A DNA stretch of 64,000 nt from a virus: the IMG/VR virus record IMGVR_UViG_3300023240_000010. The stretch is one strand, 5' to 3'. The translations under genes and the position numbers were made by a program. This document shows, in pieces, positions 9,530-18,906 of this stretch. The notes under the pieces are model-generated. The model saw nothing but the letters and a program-made list of their open reading frames with translations. It did no database searches and was not told the origin of the DNA. Within the stretch, counting starts at the first letter, position 1. Every line of letters starts with the position of its first letter.

Positions 9530-9558
9530 ATTATACACTATTAATGAACGATTGTCAA
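9530..9558 (-). promoter_or_regulatory. Sigma70-type promoter for the cytidylyltransferase gene
   Basis: TTGACA-17 nt-TATAAT. Confidence 0.85.
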
Positions 9559-9584
9559 GAAGTAAAAATAATTAAAGAAAAAGG

Positions 9585-9613
9585 TTGACATCCTTTCTCA
9601 TTTATAGTATAAT
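9585..9613 (+). promoter_or_regulatory. Plus-strand (antisense) sigma70-type promoter
   Basis: TTGACA (9585-9590)-17 nt-TATAAT (9608-9613), A-rich upstream. Confidence 0.7.
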
Positions 9614-9655
9614 GCACTTAGAATGTTTTTAATCATAAAAAAACTCTTTTGACAC

Positions 9656-10141
9656 TCAGTGAACAATATCGTCATCTGTTGGATTAGACTTTAAGAAAGG
9701 AAACTGTACAACATTAGATCCGTCTTTGCTCATCACTCGTTTCATAGACTGTTCTAAGCGTCCTCTATTTTTATCTAAGTTTCTTTGGTACTCTGCTTCC
9801 GCTTCCGCAACTTCTTCGTCACGCTCAAAGGCAACAGCATTCATTTCTTCTACAGCATAAACATACTCAGAGGCAAGGTGCTTGCTAGGACGATTGCTCG
9901 TAATTACATGACTCATATTCATTACCATATATTCTTTCTCGCCCTCACAAAAATTGACAAAGGGGCGAAACATAAAGACACTCTCGCCAGACTCGTTCAT
10001 TTGTCCGTTCACTATCTGCATAACATTCTTAATAATAATTTCATTAATAGCGGGGTCAGCAGGATCGTTCCACTCCAAAACTTCACAAACTATTTCATGA
10101 CCACTACTTAACTTAAACTGAGCAAAATCTATTTCGTTCAT
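9656..10141 (-). CDS. Hypothetical protein downstream of uvsW (Sm-like KLSSGHEIVC start)
   Basis: 161-aa ORF coupled to the uvsW stop (TAATG). Confidence 0.8.
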   Translation of the reverse strand: MNEIDFAQFKLSSGHEIVCEVLEWNDPADPAINEIIIKNVMQIVNGQMNESGESVFMFRPFVNFCEGEKEYMVMNMSHVITSNRPSKHLASEYVYAVEEMNAVAFERDEEVAEAEAEYQRNLDKNRGRLEQSMKRVMSKDGSNVVQFPFLKSNPTDDDIVH

Positions 10142-11616
10142 TATATATCAACCTGTGTTATCTTATAGGGGAACTTCTCACTAGTATATATCTTTATTCT
10201 TTCTGCACTATGGCGAAGAGTAAAGTTTGCTTTCTTACCTATATGTAGATCATCTGCTATATCATATAATTTAGCAGTTGAACCATCATCACTCTGCCTT
10301 AACCCACGCCCGATAGACTGGAGTACACGTATCTGAGACTTGCTCGGAGACGCGAATATAATGTTGTGCAGATTTCGAATGTTAATACCAGTAGAAAAAG
10401 TGCCAAGAGAGGCAACAATGATACAATTATTATGCTTATCAACGATATTACGGATCTGCTCTCTATCTGCTGTCTTCGTCTCCCCACTAACATAGAATAT
10501 CCTTTGTCCTTCTTTAAGTTTATCTTCTACTAAATCACGTAGAACTTTACCATGTCTATCAACCAAGTTGAATAGTACTAGCGTATTTCCTTTCTGACTG
10601 ACAGCAAGGTTTGCAATAAAGTTATTGCGCTTCTCGTATGATACAATGAAATCAATCTCTTCTTGGTAAGTCCTGCCTTCGGTCAACTTACAAAACTCTT
10701 CGGCATACTTCAGTAGTATGATATCAATATCCAGTTTTGCTAATGTCTCATTTTCTTGTAGTGCGTGTGTAGTAGTAACACGATGTACTGGACCAAATAG
10801 TCCCTCTAGTACTAACTTATGTACTTGAGTACCGTCGAGTGTACCTGTTGTTCCCCACCTGTACTCAGCATTCTTTGCTTTGTTCATAATAGATGATAAA
10901 GACTTCGACTTGAATCCATGTACTTCATCACCAAAGATAGCACCATAGTCTTCAAACCAAACTGGGTGTAACTTATAGATGGACTGCCATGTTGTGACAA
11001 CAATACGCTTATCAGTCTCTTTATCTTTACCAGAGTAAATCTTATGTACTTCGTTATCTACATCCATTCCGTATGATTTAAAGTCAGCATACATCTGCTC
11101 AACAAGAGAAGTTGTCGGAACAATAACAAGAATCTTCTTATCATGATTCACCATGTACCATTGCATTAGCAGATAGATGATAAAGGATTTACCAGAACCA
11201 GTCGGTGATATTAGAATGCATCGCTTATATGTGATTGCATGTGTTATAGCATCATACTGATAGTCGCGAGGTTTGAATGGAATACCTAAAGTATCCATCC
11301 AATTCATGGTCTCTACGTGATTGACTTTGTTAGTTTCGTACGGGAAACCGTAAGGACCTTCGTCCACCTTGATGCCATACCCACGTTGCATAGCAAACTT
11401 CTTTATAGCATAGTATAACCCTGCATTGATCTGTCCTGTGTTACGATCCAGCATTCTTATCTTGCCGTCCCACAACCGCTTCTTTACAGCGGGCATGAAC
11501 TTCGCGCCAGGAACTTCAAATGTAAAGTGTTCACTCAATTCATGGACCACATCAGGGTCACACTCCACCAATTGGAGCATCGAGTAATCTTTCATTTTCA
11601 GGGTTATTGTTTGCAT
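10141..11616 (-). CDS. uvsW: SF2 helicase UvsW
   Basis: WDGKIR, SPTGSGKS, DEVH, QSIGRGLR. Confidence 0.97.
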   Translation of the reverse strand: MQTITLKMKDYSMLQLVECDPDVVHELSEHFTFEVPGAKFMPAVKKRLWDGKIRMLDRNTGQINAGLYYAIKKFAMQRGYGIKVDEGPYGFPYETNKVNHVETMNWMDTLGIPFKPRDYQYDAITHAITYKRCILISPTGSGKSFIIYLLMQWYMVNHDKKILVIVPTTSLVEQMYADFKSYGMDVDNEVHKIYSGKDKETDKRIVVTTWQSIYKLHPVWFEDYGAIFGDEVHGFKSKSLSSIMNKAKNAEYRWGTTGTLDGTQVHKLVLEGLFGPVHRVTTTHALQENETLAKLDIDIILLKYAEEFCKLTEGRTYQEEIDFIVSYEKRNNFIANLAVSQKGNTLVLFNLVDRHGKVLRDLVEDKLKEGQRIFYVSGETKTADREQIRNIVDKHNNCIIVASLGTFSTGINIRNLHNIIFASPSKSQIRVLQSIGRGLRQSDDGSTAKLYDIADDLHIGKKANFTLRHSAERIKIYTSEKFPYKITQVDI

Positions 11617-12060
11617 TTAGAATCCTGCTTCAAATTGCTTCCATCGTATCATATTTCCGATTGTCTGGTGTCGCCACTTAATGTTCTCGACGATTTCTTT
11701 CAACACATCGATTAGTTCTTTTATATATGTGATCCTTGCTTCGCTCTTCATGATCTCGGGATCAGAGTTATAGTAGTAATCCATTTCCCCTTTAAGAATC
11801 TTCAGACCATCAAAGGGATCAGGATTCCATCCCTTCTTCTCGATCACTTCACGAGACATCTTACCTTGGTAATATAACCACTTATCTTTAAGTAGTAATT
11901 TCTGCTTGAACTCCACATCCTTTAACTTCAGGCGCGAGTCAGAGAGTAATGTTAGATACTTAGCATGGAGACGTGGTGTCTCCTGGGAACTAACGTCTAA
12001 TTGGTTAAACTCAATTTCACAGTCTTTCGTCCATTCTTGTAGAACAGTTTGTAAATCCAT
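11617..12060 (-). CDS. uvsY: Recombination mediator UvsY
   Basis: WTKD, PRLHAKYL, WLYYQGK, IGNMIRWKQFEAG. Confidence 0.93.
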   Translation of the reverse strand: MDLQTVLQEWTKDCEIEFNQLDVSSQETPRLHAKYLTLLSDSRLKLKDVEFKQKLLLKDKWLYYQGKMSREVIEKKGWNPDPFDGLKILKGEMDYYYNSDPEIMKSEARITYIKELIDVLKEIVENIKWRHQTIGNMIRWKQFEAGF

Positions 12061-12098
12061 AATATTTCACCTTAAAAAATGTAGTTATTAACTACACT

Positions 12099-12127
12099 AT
12101 TGTATCATACAAAATCAAAATAGTCAA
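12099..12127 (-). promoter_or_regulatory. Sigma70-type promoter for uvsY-uvsW
   Basis: TTGACT-17 nt-TACAAT with TGn. Confidence 0.6.
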
Positions 12128-12614
12128 ACTTAAACGATATAGGGAACGTAATAAACTGCCCATCGCTAGTTGAAGCAAAAGTAATGTCACCTAATGATAT
12201 AGGAAATGAGTTGACATACTTCAGTTCTCTTGCAACATTATTGCCGCTAGTCAGCACTGCTACTCTAATATCACAGTAGTGTGCAATGTCTTGGATCGCA
12301 CCACCCGCCAGAAGTCTACCAGTATTAGGTCTGTGTGGCGTTTCAACCATTCTTTCCATCCACTGAAACAATTCTTCGTAGACATTCATTTTCTCATCCA
12401 TTAGAATATCCATGGACAATGTGCCGAATGCAACTGTATCGCCCGTCAATGCAACAGACGCTCTACGATACGGCACATCAACAGCATTCATCTCCATAGA
12501 GGGATGCATCACTTGCTGTGCGTAGAATTGTAAATTAGGAAAGTTCTCACGAGATACTGTGATCTTAAATCCAGTTGGTGCGAGATAGTTAGTATCGCAT
12601 GTAAAGTCTGCCAT
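12105..12614 (-). CDS. gp3: Tail completion / tube terminator gp3
   Basis: NYLAPTGF, FYAQQV..P, DEKMNVYEELFQWM, FPISLG, FKFDYF. Confidence 0.88.
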   Translation of the reverse strand: MADFTCDTNYLAPTGFKITVSRENFPNLQFYAQQVMHPSMEMNAVDVPYRRASVALTGDTVAFGTLSMDILMDEKMNVYEELFQWMERMVETPHRPNTGRLLAGGAIQDIAHYCDIRVAVLTSGNNVARELKYVNSFPISLGDITFASTSDGQFITFPISFKFDYFDFV

Positions 12615-12639
12615 TGTTTCTTACTCCAGTTTATACAGA

Positions 12640-12647
12640 TATTTATA
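12640..12647 (-). promoter_or_regulatory. T4 late promoter for gp3
   Basis: TATAAATA. Confidence 0.8.
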
Positions 12648-12658
12648 CAAGTTTTAAC

Positions 12659-12844
12659 TCAGTATCCACCAGTCTTAAACCAACCCTTTCCTTTAAGATG
12701 AAATCCACCACCACCAGCAACAAAGACTTTCTTTAGTTCTTCTTCTTTACATTTAGGACAAGTAGTCAATGGATCGTCTGACATTTTTTGCATCACTTCT
12801 AATTTGTTTTCACACTTCTTACATTCATAATTGTATGTAGGCAT
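12659..12844 (-). CDS. FmdB-family zinc-ribbon protein
   Basis: MPTYNYECKKC...CPKC...FHLKGKGWFKT. Confidence 0.9.
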   Translation of the reverse strand: MPTYNYECKKCENKLEVMQKMSDDPLTTCPKCKEEELKKVFVAGGGGFHLKGKGWFKTGGY

Positions 12845-12884
12845 CACGTTTCTCAGAGTTTAATTATAGAACTATTTAGCAGAC

Positions 12885-12911
12885 AAAAAAAACCCCTCCG
12901 TGAGGAGGGGT
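12885..12911 (-). terminator. Intrinsic terminator after gp23
   Basis: CCCCTCC-TCAC-GGAGGGG followed by T8. Confidence 0.92.
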
Positions 12912-12958
12912 ATAAAGATTAAAACAAGTTTCTTATTATTATCTTTTCTACTACAGTC

Positions 12959-14299
12959 TTATGCGAGGATGTTGTCTACGCGGAAGATACGGTAGTATTG
13001 GTTGGTACGAGCGGCAGCAAGTCCGTCTTGAGCACCAGCAGTTCCAGCATATGGGTTAGATACCATACCATAACGAGTCTTGAACCCGATACGTGGTTGG
13101 AAATCATTCTCGCCAACTGCGCGAACCATTTGTAAAGGAACATATGGGCAGTAGAAGATACCAGCGTCATATGGGTTAGTGCCTTTATAACCAACAGTAA
13201 CGTAGTCACCAGTGGCGTAGGGATCGATGAACACTTTAGTGCGACCGTTAAGAACACCAGCAAAAGTATTACCAGTATCATCTACGTTCAAGTTAGCAGA
13301 GATAGCAGGTGAATAATCAAGCATACCGGCAGCAACAAGGGCAGTAGCAACATCTGAAGAACAGATTACTACGTTACCTTTACCGCGACGAGTGTCTTTG
13401 GCGATTTGGTTGCTTTCGCGTTCGATTTGAACTAACAAACCTTTGAACTTCTCTACGCTCCAACGACCGTCTGCATCAGTTGACAAGTCAAAGATACCTT
13501 GAGTCTGGACGTTAGAAGTAAGACAACCGATCTTCGCTTGACTGTTGATAGTACGAACGATTTCGCGGTTGATCTCAGCAAGAATCTCAGTAGACAAGAT
13601 GTTTGCAAGTTCAGTTTCAGCATCCAAACCGTGGATTGCTTTAAGATCCTGAGCAAGTTCAAGCGAGTATTCTGCTTTCAATGCACGAGACTTAGCGGTT
13701 ACAGTTGCTTTCTCGATTGAGAAACCCATTTCAGCGAATGCAGAACCAGTGTTGCCAAGTGCTTCAGCATCAGCAGTAGGCATAGCGCCGCCAACTTTTG
13801 GTACATAAGTAGCGCCAGAATCAGCAATGCTTGAGTCAACGTCAGTATCAGTTGCGCCAACTAGACCAGAAGAACCACGGCCATCAGTAGTAGCAGAAGA
13901 GTCGCCGGAATAACCAGTTACTGCTTCGTTGTACAATGCTTCGTCACCAGCAGTAGCACCGGCACGAGTAGTCTTGTAGTTGCTCTTCATAGCGAAGATC
14001 AAACCAGTAGGACCAGTCATAGGTTGAACACCAGCAAGATCGTATGCCATCAAGTTAGGCATTGCACGACGAACGAGTGCAATCAATACTGGATTCCAGT
14101 TAGCAGTACCAGTTACAGAGGCGTTGCTGTTACCTGGAGTTTCATTAAGCATGTTGCTTTCTTCGAGGAATGCTTTCTCTTGGTTCTCAAGGATAGCGGC
14201 GGTTACTGCTTTACGGTGATGATCGGTGATGGCGCCGGCAGAACTTTCATTCAGCACTGGACTCCACTTCTCAATTAGTTTATCGTATGATTGTTGCAT
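12959..14299 (-). CDS. gp23: Major capsid protein gp23
   Basis: GVQPMTGPTGLIFAM, ELAQDLKAIHGLDAETELANILSTEI, FQPRIGFKTRYG. Confidence 0.99.
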   Translation of the reverse strand: MQQSYDKLIEKWSPVLNESSAGAITDHHRKAVTAAILENQEKAFLEESNMLNETPGNSNASVTGTANWNPVLIALVRRAMPNLMAYDLAGVQPMTGPTGLIFAMKSNYKTTRAGATAGDEALYNEAVTGYSGDSSATTDGRGSSGLVGATDTDVDSSIADSGATYVPKVGGAMPTADAEALGNTGSAFAEMGFSIEKATVTAKSRALKAEYSLELAQDLKAIHGLDAETELANILSTEILAEINREIVRTINSQAKIGCLTSNVQTQGIFDLSTDADGRWSVEKFKGLLVQIERESNQIAKDTRRGKGNVVICSSDVATALVAAGMLDYSPAISANLNVDDTGNTFAGVLNGRTKVFIDPYATGDYVTVGYKGTNPYDAGIFYCPYVPLQMVRAVGENDFQPRIGFKTRYGMVSNPYAGTAGAQDGLAAARTNQYYRIFRVDNILA

Positions 14300-14319
14300 T
14301 TGGTTAATACTCCTAGTAT

Positions 14320-15366
14320 TTACTTATTAGATTTTTTGATTGCGGTAAGGTACTGTTCCATCACTGACCCAGGTACAGGTCCAGTTTCTTCAGCAGACCA
14401 GTCTTCATTGATATCTTCTACAATAGTTGCTACGTCTTTCTTAAAGTAGGACTCTTTAACAGTCTTTACTTTATGTGCGAAAGATTCAGCATCTTCGAAG
14501 TCGAGTGATTCAACTAGACCTTTTAACTTCTCAACCTGAGTGTCAGCAAGATCGCCAGCAGATTCACGAATGATCGCGTCACGCTGAAGTCTTTCTAATT
14601 TCTCAGACATTTCAATGGCAGAACCAGTTTGAGCATTAAGTTTCTCTTCTAATTCTGAAACTTGCTCCGCTAGTTCATCAACAAGATTCACTTTGGATTC
14701 AGGTACTTCGATGTAAGATTCGATGAACAAGTCTTTCAGACTGCCCATAAAGTTCTCAGCGATTTCAGTACGCAGACCAGATTCAACAGCAATCTGATTT
14801 TCTTTCATCCAGTTCTCAACTACATAGTTAAGATATGAATCAACTTTCTCAACTAGGTCACTTCGAGTTGCCTCAAGTTCTTCGTCAAGTCGTGATTGGT
14901 ATTCATCTTCAATTCTTTCAATTTCTTCTGAAAGTTTTGAACGAATAGCAGTATCAAAGATTACAGCAGTTTTCGCTTTAAACTCATCTGATAAAGTTTG
15001 CTCTGATTCAACAAGGTCATTCAATTCGTCAGTTACAGAGAATTCAGGCAGTTCAACTGCGTCTGAAACTTCCATATCATCAAATTCTTCTGACATCTTG
15101 GTGTATGCAGCATTTAGATCCGCTTTCTTCATAGAAGATAACTTACCATACATTGCATTCAGCAAACCTGCTTTAGTCTTTGGTGCAGGATCTTGTTTAG
15201 TATTGTCGCCCTTACGTGCTGGCGCTTTAGACTTAACTCCATCTTCTGCTTTATCTACGGACGCGATTGCGTCTGCTTCGGTGCCTACTGGCATCATTTG
15301 AGTACTTCCTTCCTCGATTGAGTTATCCTCATCAACAGGAAGTACAATTTTCATATCTTCCGACAT
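14320..15366 (-). CDS. gp22: Prohead core scaffold gp22
   Basis: LSDEFKAKTAVIF, VDSYLNYVVENW, acidic coiled coil; start placed at MSED after GGAG. Confidence 0.93.
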   Translation of the reverse strand: MSEDMKIVLPVDEDNSIEEGSTQMMPVGTEADAIASVDKAEDGVKSKAPARKGDNTKQDPAPKTKAGLLNAMYGKLSSMKKADLNAAYTKMSEEFDDMEVSDAVELPEFSVTDELNDLVESEQTLSDEFKAKTAVIFDTAIRSKLSEEIERIEDEYQSRLDEELEATRSDLVEKVDSYLNYVVENWMKENQIAVESGLRTEIAENFMGSLKDLFIESYIEVPESKVNLVDELAEQVSELEEKLNAQTGSAIEMSEKLERLQRDAIIRESAGDLADTQVEKLKGLVESLDFEDAESFAHKVKTVKESYFKKDVATIVEDINEDWSAEETGPVPGSVMEQYLTAIKKSNK

Positions 15367-15376
15367 GTTTGACTCC

Positions 15377-16036
15377 TTAATAGTTCGATTTGAGTAACGA
15401 GAGGAAATTTTTGTACTCACGAATCTGCGTCTCGTAGAGATGCTTTTTCGGAGCAGTTCTTATTTCTGTCTCCATATTTTCAATTACTTGAGAAGAGAGG
15501 ATACCATTGTTCCATACCCAGTCAACGCCTTCCATGATACCATTAACAAATGCTGATGGTGCCGATGGATCTTGTACGATATCGACTGTATTTAACATAT
15601 AGTCATCTTTAACGTACATAACGCCATTTCTATTCTCAAGACTACCCATACCACGAGTTGACACGCCTAGTTGAACGCCACCTTCGAGAAGACCTTTTAC
15701 AATCCTACCCATCGGAGTATCCAATATTTGTGCTTTTCCAACAACATCATTACCTTCCCATTGAAGGTCAGTAATGAGATGTGAAACTTTATCAAGATTT
15801 ACAGTCGGACCTTCGGGATGATTCAACTCACCAACCGCTCGCTTCTGACTTACTTGTTCTTTGACGTATTTATCTACAGCACGTTCCATAATCTGCTTAG
15901 GGTAAATACGACCATTTCTATTCTTTTGCTCTGCCGACATAAAGATGCCTTCAATGACAAACTTCTTCTCACCTTGTGCATTCTTTTCGACAATGCATTG
16001 CACATCATTCTCTGTGTATTCAGTGATCAGTTTCAT
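15377..16036 (-). CDS. gp21: Prohead protease gp21
   Basis: NRNGRIYP, GELNHP, GVSTRGMGS, DIVQDPSAP. Confidence 0.97.
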   Translation of the reverse strand: MKLITEYTENDVQCIVEKNAQGEKKFVIEGIFMSAEQKNRNGRIYPKQIMERAVDKYVKEQVSQKRAVGELNHPEGPTVNLDKVSHLITDLQWEGNDVVGKAQILDTPMGRIVKGLLEGGVQLGVSTRGMGSLENRNGVMYVKDDYMLNTVDIVQDPSAPSAFVNGIMEGVDWVWNNGILSSQVIENMETEIRTAPKKHLYETQIREYKNFLSLLKSNY

Positions 16037-16242
16037 TACATTTCCTTGGCAAATGCTACGCCCATCTTTTCCGCTTCTTTCTGCGAACGATAGGTGTCGA
16101 GTTTTTCACCATCAATGAAGACAGTAAATCCTTTGGCATCTTTGTGAATCATTACTTTCACTTTGCCAACTTTCGTATCGAAGACATGTTCGCCAGCAGG
16201 CATCTTAGTCTTCGCTTCTCTAATTTCTTTGAATGATATCAT
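16036..16242 (-). CDS. Small basic protein, gp68-like position (prohead core?)
   Basis: 68-aa ORF coupled to gp21; call is positional only. Confidence 0.6.
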   Translation of the reverse strand: MISFKEIREAKTKMPAGEHVFDTKVGKVKVMIHKDAKGFTVFIDGEKLDTYRSQKEAEKMGVAFAKEM

Positions 16243-16877
16243 TTAAACTGTTCCAAATCTATGACAAACATATTGAAAGCACCAAATATCTTTGTTCTAT
16301 TCTTGCTTATAGACAGTAGGTATGCCCACTGTGCTTTTGTCCAATTAGTATCTGCTTCAATAATAATGGCGCTTTTAGCATAAGGTGTAAACTTAGTCAA
16401 AACTTCTTGGATCCTTTCTTTGCCTGAAGTCTTATAGACTGGAAAGAATCTTTGAAGCAATACATAATCATAAAATGTTTCACAATCACGTATCTTGAAA
16501 TCATCTGCTAGTACATCTGTGCATAGATAATCAACAGGCACTTCCCACGATTCTCTTACACACTTAAAGTGGTCAACTTGCTCTTCCCACTCTACTGTTG
16601 ATATATGTAACTTCTTACCAAGTCGATTATTAACAAACTCAAGAAACGCAGGTCCTATACCAATATCTAAGTATATCCCACCTCTATCAAATGTCAGTAA
16701 CCTCTTATATAGTAATTCATTAAACTTAATCTGGTTACGCATGTTCTTAGCATTCATGTACTGCACTGTGCTAAGATGCATAGGAACCGCGAACAGTTCC
16801 TTATGCTTCATTACGTAGTAAAGATGATCCTCTGATGCCTGATCAATGATCGCTTCAAATTTTTTGTCTACTAGCAT
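16239..16877 (-). CDS. Putative class I SAM-dependent methyltransferase
   Basis: IYLDIGIGPAFLE motif I, acidic STVE, YDYVLL. Confidence 0.6.
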   Translation of the reverse strand: MLVDKKFEAIIDQASEDHLYYVMKHKELFAVPMHLSTVQYMNAKNMRNQIKFNELLYKRLLTFDRGGIYLDIGIGPAFLEFVNNRLGKKLHISTVEWEEQVDHFKCVRESWEVPVDYLCTDVLADDFKIRDCETFYDYVLLQRFFPVYKTSGKERIQEVLTKFTPYAKSAIIIEADTNWTKAQWAYLLSISKNRTKIFGAFNMFVIDLEQFK

Positions 16878-16878
16878 T

Positions 16879-16902
16879 TATTTATACTTATTAGTATTTA
16901 TA
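16879..16902 (-). promoter_or_regulatory. Two tandem T4 late promoters
   Basis: TATAAATA at 16895-16902 and 16879-16886. Confidence 0.75.
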
Positions 16903-17200
16903 CTTCAGAGTCGTCGAGGTCTTCATCTTCTTCATCTTCATCTTCTTCAATGTCATCCTCAGCATCGTCACCCGCATCTGCCCACATATCTGCTTGCGAA
17001 TTAAAGATTTGATCTGCAATTCTAATCTTCGCCTGATCAAGTGTATCTGACAGTCTCTCGCCAACTAAGTCATTAAACTGTGTCTCTGCCGCATTAAAGT
17101 CCTGCGCTTGTATAGCATCAATTAAATCAGCGATAGGTTGTGAACCAGTCTCAATAGGTTCTGCTTGTATCTCATCAATAATCACGTTTTCATCTGACAT
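16898..17200 (-). CDS. Acidic prohead core protein, gp67-like
   Basis: LIDAIQAQD helix, very acidic tail, immediately after gp20. Confidence 0.7.
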   Translation of the reverse strand: MSDENVIIDEIQAEPIETGSQPIADLIDAIQAQDFNAAETQFNDLVGERLSDTLDQAKIRIADQIFNSQADMWADAGDDAEDDIEEDEDEEDEDLDDSEV

Positions 17201-17221
17201 CATATTCTCCAAAATTTATCG

Positions 17222-18844
17222 TTACTTTTCTTGTGTAGTATCTATGTCTTTCTTAACTGGCGCTTTAGGTGCGGCAACTGGTGCAGTAGGAGCAGGTGCT
17301 TTAGGTGCTGGTTCTTCTTTCTCATCTTCAGCACCAGGAGTCCTGTCTACAATCTCATCGTCAGAGATTTCTTTAGCAATGTCCTTCTTCATGTCTTTCA
17401 TATCATCTTCGCTTAACTGAAGAACATTACGCATGACCCAATCTTTAGAGAAGTATTCACCAACGTACTGTGTTACTTCATTCATTAGACCAACACGCTC
17501 TCGAAGAATCTCCATCTCTTTAAGTTCGGTGAAATAGTTGTCCTTCATGAAATCTACATAGATGTCATCTTTCCACTCTTCCCAATCTTGCTCAGTAATA
17601 ATACCCTTGAGTAATAACTGCTTGCGCAAGATGTTCATGAACAGAGCAGAGAATCTACGTCTCAAGCGATCAATGAACTTTTGGAACTTAACTTCGTCTC
17701 GTGAAATCTCAGTACTACGACCTAGTGAGAACTGTGCCTCTTGCTCTAATCGACTGACAGGTACATTCAGTGAACGATACAAACGCTTCTGAAAGTAGAT
17801 AACATCATCAATCTGTCCAAGATTCTCGCCGCCAGGCAGTGTACTAATCTCAGTACCACGCCCGCCTTCTCTACGTGGCAACCAGAAATCTTCGAGCATA
17901 GACATATGCTTACGGTCATCTTTCATCTGACCAGTATCAGCATCATATACTAACTTGTTACGATACTGTGTCATAATGTCTTTCATGTATTGATCTGCCT
18001 TACCACGAGGTAAGTTACCAACATCAATATAAAAGATTCGACGTTCTGGTGCGCGAGCAAGTCTATAGATTACTAGACTATCTTCCATCATGCGCAACTG
18101 ATTAATGGGTTTTAATGCTTTGTGAAGATAAGATACTACCTTCTTTTTAGATTCGTCAAGTAGACCCGAAGTAACATATGCAATTGAGTCAGTCGCTAGT
18201 TTAACACCACTACTCTGATTGCCTGGTTTGTCTTCGTATACGTAGTACTCATCGATGCTATCAACAAGTTTAACGCCAGTTCTGGGATCTTTCTTGTATT
18301 TAATTTCTTTAACTTTGCGCACTTTTGCGCTATCGATGTTACGTATCTCTTGGATGCCCGCTTTCATGTTGCTTTCATTAACAAGCAAATGATAGTACAG
18401 TCTACCGTCTACGTAGAACGATCTGAATATATCGTGACCCAGTTCATTGAACTTGAGCATTGCAACAATGCTGTCAAACTCATCTCGAATCAAATCTTTA
18501 ATCTTATCTGATGCTTCAATATCATCAAGAGCAATCTCGACGGATGAAGAATTTTCTGAAGAAGAGATACCTTCATTTACAATCTCTTCAATTGCCATGT
18601 CTACTTCGGGATGCATTGCAACACCTCGATAGCGCATGATTAATTGTGCATTATCTTTAGACTGGTCGCCTTCCATGTTTACGTACTGACCAAAGTGACC
18701 AGCAGTAGCAGTTACATAACCTGCACCGTCATTGTCTGTTGGAGGCACGACAGATGGCAACTTCTCTTTATTAGAAGTCGCTTTGCCTGCTCTTTTGATT
18801 TCGAATCCAAAGAGTTTTAATGCGTTGTTGTCTTGGTCTGCCAT
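17222..18844 (-). CDS. gp20: Portal protein gp20
   Basis: NQLRMMEDSLVIYRLARAPERRIFYIDVGNLP, EDFWLPRREGGRGTEI; start placed at MADQ. Confidence 0.99.
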   Translation of the reverse strand: MADQDNNALKLFGFEIKRAGKATSNKEKLPSVVPPTDNDGAGYVTATAGHFGQYVNMEGDQSKDNAQLIMRYRGVAMHPEVDMAIEEIVNEGISSSENSSSVEIALDDIEASDKIKDLIRDEFDSIVAMLKFNELGHDIFRSFYVDGRLYYHLLVNESNMKAGIQEIRNIDSAKVRKVKEIKYKKDPRTGVKLVDSIDEYYVYEDKPGNQSSGVKLATDSIAYVTSGLLDESKKKVVSYLHKALKPINQLRMMEDSLVIYRLARAPERRIFYIDVGNLPRGKADQYMKDIMTQYRNKLVYDADTGQMKDDRKHMSMLEDFWLPRREGGRGTEISTLPGGENLGQIDDVIYFQKRLYRSLNVPVSRLEQEAQFSLGRSTEISRDEVKFQKFIDRLRRRFSALFMNILRKQLLLKGIITEQDWEEWKDDIYVDFMKDNYFTELKEMEILRERVGLMNEVTQYVGEYFSKDWVMRNVLQLSEDDMKDMKKDIAKEISDDEIVDRTPGAEDEKEEPAPKAPAPTAPVAAPKAPVKKDIDTTQEK

Positions 18845-18868
18845 ATTCTTTCCTAGTAAATAATAATG

Positions 18869-18890
18869 AGGGAGCACCGAAGCACTCCCT
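18869..18890 (-). terminator. C(UUCG)G hairpin between gp19 and gp20 (terminator or mRNA stabiliser)
   Basis: AGGGAGTGC-TTCG-GTGCTCCCT; weak U-tract. Confidence 0.65.
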
Positions 18891-18906
18891 ATTATTTAGT
18901 ACGGTC

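Noticed and set aside
9785-10111. 108-aa plus-strand ORF downstream of the antisense promoter
   Set aside because: TTG start without SD, fully antisense to a coupled gene, unnatural composition
12075-12097. Hairpin TGTAGTT-AAT-AACTACA plus T5 after gp3
   Set aside because: AT-rich weak stem lying just downstream of the uvsY promoter; not enough support to call a terminator
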